A DNA stretch of 64,000 nt, from NCBI RefSeq assembly GCF_054482595.1, contig NZ_JBTHVH010000004.1; one strand, given 5' to 3'. The first letter of the stretch is position 1. Each line of letters starts with the position of its first letter. This DNA comes from a plasmid. Under the pieces are notes generated by a model. It was not told where the DNA came from, did no database searches, and was given only the letters and a program-made list of their open reading frames with translations. This document shows positions 59,501 through 64,000 of this stretch, piece by piece. Position numbers and translations under genes: made by a program.

Positions 59501-62447
59501 CCGGTTGCAGAGGCCGTAGCGGCCTGAACTTCCCCGCGCCGATCTTGGCGCTGCTGCGCCATAGGTAATCACCGGTCAGGTTGATGTGCTCCCAGCCGAG
59601 TGGCGACAGGTACTGCAATAGCGAGTCATCGACGGCATGACCATTGCCGCGCAACGCATGCGCCGCACGCTCCAGGTAGACCGTGTTCCACAGCACGATG
59701 GCCGCCGTCACCAGGTTGAGGCCGCTGGCCCGGTAGCGCTGCTGCTCGAAACTGCGGTCACGGATTTCACCAAGGCGGTTGAAGAACACGGCACGGGCCA
59801 GCGCATTGCGCGCCTCGCCCTTGTTCAGCCCGGCATGCACGCGGCGGCGTAGCTCGACGCTTTGCAGCCAGTCGAGGATGAACAGCGTGCGCTCGATGCG
59901 GCCCAACTCGCGCAGCGCGACGGCCAAGCCGTTCTGGCGCGGGTAGCTGCCGAGTTTCCTGAGCATCAGCGAGGCCGTCACCGTGCCCTGCTTGATCGAG
60001 GTGGCCAGCCGCAGGATTTCGTCCCAATGGGCGCGGACGTGCTTGATGTTGAGCGTGCCGCCGATCATCGGCTTGAGCGCGTCATAGGCGGCATCGCCCT
60101 TCGGGATGTAGAGCTTGGTGTCGCCCAGGTCGCGGATGCGCGGCGCGAAGCGGAAGCCCAAGAGGTGCATCAGGGCGAAGACGTGATCGGTGAAGCCCGC
60201 CGTGTCGGTGTAGTGCTCCTCGATCCGCAGGTCGGATTCGTGGTACAGCAGGCCGTCGAGCACGTAGGTTGAGTCGCGCAGGCCGACATTGACCACCTTG
60301 GTGTGGAATGGCGCGTATTGGTCGGAGATGTGGGTGTAGAAAGTCCGTCCTGGGCTGCTGCCATATTTTGGGTTGATGTGCCCCGTGCTCTTTGCCTTGC
60401 TAGCGGTTCGGAAATTCTGTCCGTCCGATGATGATGTGGTGCCATCGCCCCAGTGCCCGGCAAAGGGATGCCGAAACTGAGCGTTGACCAGTTCAGCCAA
60501 CGCTGTCGAGTACGTTTCGTCGCGGGTATGCCAGGCTTGCAGCCAAGCGAGCTTCGCGTAGGTCGTGCCGGGGCAGGACTCGGCCATCTTGGTCAGGCCC
60601 AGGTTGATCGCGTCGGCCAGGATCGTGGTCAACAACAGGTTCTTGTCCTTGGCCAGATCGCCCGATTTCAAGTGCGTGAAGTGCCGGGTGAAGCCCGTCC
60701 ACTCATCGACTTCGAGCAGCAGTTCGGTGATCTTGACGTGCGGCAGGACCATGGCTGTCTGGTCTATCAGCGCCTGCGCGGTGTCGGGCACCGCCGCATC
60801 CAGCGGCGTGATCTTCAAGCCCGACTCGGTGATGATGGCATCCGGCAGGTCGTTGGCTGCCGCCATGCGGTTGACGGTGGCAAGTTGTGCTTCCAGCAGC
60901 GTCAGCCGCTCATGCAGATATTGTTCGCAGTCGGTGGCCACGGCCAGCGGCAATTCGCTGGACTGCTTGAGGCTGGTGAACTTCTCGGGCGGTACCAGGT
61001 AGTCCTCGAAGTCCTTGAACTGGCGTGAACCCTGCACCCAGATGTCGCCCGAGCGCAGGGAGTTCTTCAACTCGGACAGCGCGCACAGTTCGTAGTAGCG
61101 CCGGTCGATGCCGGCGTCGGTCATCACCAGTTTCTGCCAGCGCGGCTTGATGAAGCCGGTCGGTGCATCGGCTGGCAGCTTGCGGGCGTTGTCGGTGTTC
61201 ATGCCGCGCAGCACCTCAATGGCATCAAGCACGTTTTTGGCGGCGGGCGCGGCCCGCAGCTTGAGCACGGCAAGGAATTCCGGTGCATAGCGGCGCAGGG
61301 TGGCGTAGCTCTCGCCGATGCGATGCAGGAAATCGAAGTCATCGGGTTGCGCGAGCTTCTGCGCCTCGGTGACGCTCTCGGCAAAGGAATCCCAGGACAT
61401 GACGGCCTCGATGGCGGCAAACGCATCGCGGCCTGATTGCTTGGCGTCGATCAGCGCCTGACCGATGCGCCCGTACAGACGTACCTTGGCGTTGATGGCC
61501 TTGCCTGACGCCTGGAACTGCTGCTGATGCTTATTCTTGGCAGCGTTAAACAGCTTACCCAGGATGCGGTCGTGCAGGTCGATGATTTCGTCGGTGACGG
61601 TGGCCAGCGCCACGAGAGTGGCGTAGCGCCGTTGCGGCTCGAATTTGGCCAGGTCGGCGGGTGTCATCTGGCCGCCCTCGCGGGCAATCTTGAGCAGGCG
61701 GTTCTGGTGAACCAGCCGCTCGATGCCGGTAGGCAGATCGAGTGCCTGCCATGCCTTGAGGCGTTCGATGTGTTCCAGCATATGCCGCGAATTTGGCTTG
61801 GCCGGAGACTGGCGCAACCAAGCCAACCAGGTCGTCTTGCCGTTGTCCCGGCGCTTGAGCAGATCGTCGAGGCGGCGGCGATGCGCGTCCGCCAGTGGTT
61901 CGGCCAAGGCGTCGTAGATGCGCCGGTTAGCACGGGTGATCGCCTCGGCACTCGCCCGCTCGACGGCGTTGAGGGCGGGCAGAATGACCGACTGCCGCCG
62001 CAGGTGCCCGATCAAGGCGCTGGCCAGCACGATGCCTTTGTCGGTTTGCATCGCCAGCTCGGTCAGCATCTGGACGGCCTGCCGGTAATGGCTCATGGTG
62101 AAGGGCCGGAAACCGAACACGGTTTGCAGCTCGCTCAGGTGCTCGCGCCGGGTCTGCTCCCGCTGGCCGTACTCGTTCCAGCTTTCGACGCCGACCTTGA
62201 GCTGGTCGGCGACCAGCTTCAACAAGGGCGGGAACGGTAGTTCATCGACGCCCAGGATGACGCCGGGAAAGCGCAGGTAACAGAGCTGCACCGCGAAGCC
62301 CAGCCGATTGGCTGGCCCGCGCCGCTGTCGGATGATCGAGAGGTCGGTATCGTTGAATGTGTAATGTCGGATCAGGTCGTCCTTGGAGTCCGGCAACGCC
62401 AGCAGGCTTTCCCGCTCGGCGGCGGACAGGATGGAACGACGTGGCAT
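59496..62447 (-). CDS. tnpA: Tn21-family transposase TnpA (983 aa)
   Basis: [62 protein letters not shown]... Confidence 0.9.
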   Translation of the reverse strand: MPRRSILSAAERESLLALPDSKDDLIRHYTFNDTDLSIIRQRRGPANRLGFAVQLCYLRFPGVILGVDELPFPPLLKLVADQLKVGVESWNEYGQREQTRREHLSELQTVFGFRPFTMSHYRQAVQMLTELAMQTDKGIVLASALIGHLRRQSVILPALNAVERASAEAITRANRRIYDALAEPLADAHRRRLDDLLKRRDNGKTTWLAWLRQSPAKPNSRHMLEHIERLKAWQALDLPTGIERLVHQNRLLKIAREGGQMTPADLAKFEPQRRYATLVALATVTDEIIDLHDRILGKLFNAAKNKHQQQFQASGKAINAKVRLYGRIGQALIDAKQSGRDAFAAIEAVMSWDSFAESVTEAQKLAQPDDFDFLHRIGESYATLRRYAPEFLAVLKLRAAPAAKNVLDAIEVLRGMNTDNARKLPADAPTGFIKPRWQKLVMTDAGIDRRYYELCALSELKNSLRSGDIWVQGSRQFKDFEDYLVPPEKFTSLKQSSELPLAVATDCEQYLHERLTLLEAQLATVNRMAAANDLPDAIITESGLKITPLDAAVPDTAQALIDQTAMVLPHVKITELLLEVDEWTGFTRHFTHLKSGDLAKDKNLLLTTILADAINLGLTKMAESCPGTTYAKLAWLQAWHTRDETYSTALAELVNAQFRHPFAGHWGDGTTSSSDGQNFRTASKAKSTGHINPKYGSSPGRTFYTHISDQYAPFHTKVVNVGLRDSTYVLDGLLYHESDLRIEEHYTDTAGFTDHVFALMHLLGFRFAPRIRDLGDTKLYIPKGDAAYDALKPMIGGTLNIKHVRAHWDEILRLATSIKQGTVTASLMLRKLGSYPRQNGLAVALRELGRIERTLFILDWLQSVELRRRVHAGLNKGEARNALARAVFFNRLGEIRDRSFEQQRYRASGLNLVTAAIVLWNTVYLERAAHALRGNGHAVDDSLLQYLSPLGWEHINLTGDYLWRSSAKIGAGKFRPLRPLQPA

Positions 62448-62449
62448 AT

Positions 62450-62862
62450 TTACTGATCCGTTCTCAAGTATTGATACAGGGTTTCGCGACTGATTCCGAA
62501 TTCACGAGCAAGCTTGGTCTTTTGCTCGCCAGCCTCGACACGTTGGCGCAGTTCGGCAATACGCTCAGACGACAGGGATTTCTTCCTGCCACGGTAAGCC
62601 CCGCGTTGCTTGGCGAGCGCAATACCCTCGCGCTGACGCTCGCGGATCAGGGCGCGCTCGAACTCGGCGAACGCGCCCATCACCGAGAGCATCAGGTTCG
62701 CCATCGGAGAGTCTTCGCCAGTAAAACTGAGGTGTTCCTTGACGAATTCGATATGCACGCCGCGTTGTGTCAGCGTTTGCACGATCCGGCGCAAATCATC
62801 GAGATTGCGCGCCAGGCGATCCATGCTATGCACCACCACGGTGTCGCCGGTGCGGGCGAAGC
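62450..62862 (-). pseudogene. tnpR: Tn21 tnpR, 5'-truncated by IS26
   Basis: ...GDTVVVHSMDRLARNLDDLRRIVQTLTQRGVHIEFVKEHLSFTGEDSPMANLMLSVMGAFAEFERALIRERQREGIALAKQRGAYRGRKK...[12 protein letters not shown]. Confidence 0.85.
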
Positions 62863-63682
62863 GGCACTGTTGCAAATAGTCGGTGGTGATAAACTTATCA
62901 TCCCCTTTTGCTGATGGAGCTGCACATGAACCCATTCAAAGGCCGGCATTTTCAGCGTGACATCATTCTGTGGGCCGTACGCTGGTACTGCAAATACGGC
63001 ATCAGTTACCGTGAGCTGCAGGAGATGCTGGCTGAACGCGGAGTGAATGTCGATCACTCCACGATTTACCGCTGGGTTCAGCGTTATGCGCCTGAAATGG
63101 AAAAACGGCTGCGCTGGTACTGGCGTAACCCTTCCGATCTTTGCCCGTGGCACATGGATGAAACCTACGTGAAGGTCAATGGCCGCTGGGCGTATCTGTA
63201 CCGGGCCGTCGACAGCCGGGGCCGCACTGTCGATTTTTATCTCTCCTCCCGTCGTAACAGCAAAGCTGCATACCGGTTTCTGGGTAAAATCCTCAACAAC
63301 GTGAAGAAGTGGCAGATCCCGCGATTCATCAACACGGATAAAGCGCCCGCCTATGGTCGCGCGCTTGCTCTGCTCAAACGCGAAGGCCGGTGCCCGTCTG
63401 ACGTTGAACACCGACAGATTAAGTACCGGAACAACGTGATTGAATGCGATCATGGCAAACTGAAACGGATAATCGGCGCCACGCTGGGATTTAAATCCAT
63501 GAAGACGGCTTACGCCACCATCAAAGGTATTGAGGTGATGCGTGCACTACGCAAAGGCCAGGCCTCAGCATTTTATTATGGTGATCCCCTGGGCGAAATG
63601 CGCCTGGTAAGCAGAGTTTTTGAAATGTAAGGCCTTTGAATAAGACAAAAGGCTGCCTCATCGCTAACTTTGCAACAGTGCC
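62863..63682 (+). mobile_element. IS26 copy 7
   Basis: IRs at 62863 and 63669-63682. Confidence 0.95.
62908..63630 (+). CDS. tnp26: IS26 transposase
   Basis: Identical product. Confidence 0.95.
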   Translation: MLMELHMNPFKGRHFQRDIILWAVRWYCKYGISYRELQEMLAERGVNVDHSTIYRWVQRYAPEMEKRLRWYWRNPSDLCPWHMDETYVKVNGRWAYLYRAVDSRGRTVDFYLSSRRNSKAAYRFLGKILNNVKKWQIPRFINTDKAPAYGRALALLKREGRCPSDVEHRQIKYRNNVIECDHGKLKRIIGATLGFKSMKTAYATIKGIEVMRALRKGQASAFYYGDPLGEMRLVSRVFEM

Positions 63683-63753
63683 CACACCAGAACGTATTGA
63701 ACAAATTTTGGAATTTTCCGAGGGTAGTAACCCAAGCGAAGCAATGAGTCTTA

Positions 63754-64000
63754 GAGCTGACGAAGTTGCTGTACTGGCACGTATTGGAAAGGCAGTTATG
63801 TCGATTGCGCCTGTTTATCAGTGCGAGTTTTGCCACCATGACGCAACCGGGCAACTTCAGTGGCACTGGGAAGATGTGAACAAAGCTTTTTATGATAAAT
63901 ACGATCCAGACAGACGCGGAAGACGTCGAATCCTCTATACCGCCCCGCCGATGCCTTTAGTTTCGGCTGACCTGCTTAACATGGCTTCATCTGCTATTGA
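63754..64000 (+). CDS. Hypothetical protein, partial (continues past the window end). The reading frame may begin at the IS26 junction.
   Basis: MSLRADEVAVLARIGKAVMSIAPVYQCEFCHHDATGQLQWHWEDVNKAFYDKYDPDRRGRRRILYTAPPMPLVSADLL... has no stop before position 64000. Confidence 0.3.

Overview
This 64-kb window looks like a plasmid multidrug-resistance mosaic of the kind found in Enterobacterales, assembled largely by IS26. Seven identical IS26 copies (820 bp each, tnp26 240 aa) and one diverged IS6-family element (819 bp) split the window into modules. From the left, first comes the end of a Tn5393-type tnpA and its terminal IR. An aph(3')-Ia/ΔIS903 segment follows, then a second Tn5393 IR with strB-strA, then IS1, a Tn9 cat-promoter scar and ΔIS10. 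A class 1 integron remnant (ΔintI1-attI1-aadA2-lnu(F)-44 bp of 3'-CS) sits between two IS26. The IS26-bounded fosA3 unit follows (fosA3-orf1-orf2-Δorf3, Kluyvera-type). Next come ΔblaTEM-Tn2 IRR-ΔIS1, an arsR/arsP-like pair, and an IS26 copy flanked by an 8-bp target duplication. An unrecognised Tn3-family transposon (degenerate tnpR, tnpA, 38-bp IR) is followed by about 12 kb of AT-rich backbone carrying uncharacterised genes. These include an overlapping pair whose second gene is a coiled-coil protein, and a Dcm-family C5-MTase operon with a DUF1173-like protein. There is also a secreted SNase-like nuclease with a 298-aa partner and four small membrane proteins, plus a GNAT-like gene beside a Cys/His peptidase-like gene. 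After that comes a Tn1721 right end (IRR, ΔtnpA, pecM, 5'-truncated tetA(A)) abutting a second Tn2 IRR-ΔblaTEM. A second class 1 integron carries intI1 with arr-2, cmlA5, blaOXA-10, aadA1 and dfrA14. Next are the ΔISEcl2-like element, qnrS1, ΔtnpR, an ISKpn19-like element, tetR(A)-tetA(A), and the ISCR2 floR module (ΔISCR2-ΔlysR-floR-ΔvirD2-ISCR2'). The window ends with a Tn21 tnp module whose IRtnp is split by IS5075/IS4321 and whose tnpR is cut by the last IS26. No CRISPR array, rRNA or tRNA is visible. Gene identities come from reading the translated ORFs against remembered families; no database search was run. The best candidates for something undescribed are the backbone operons between 22.7 and 33.4 kb and the Tn3-family element at 17.8-21.5 kb.
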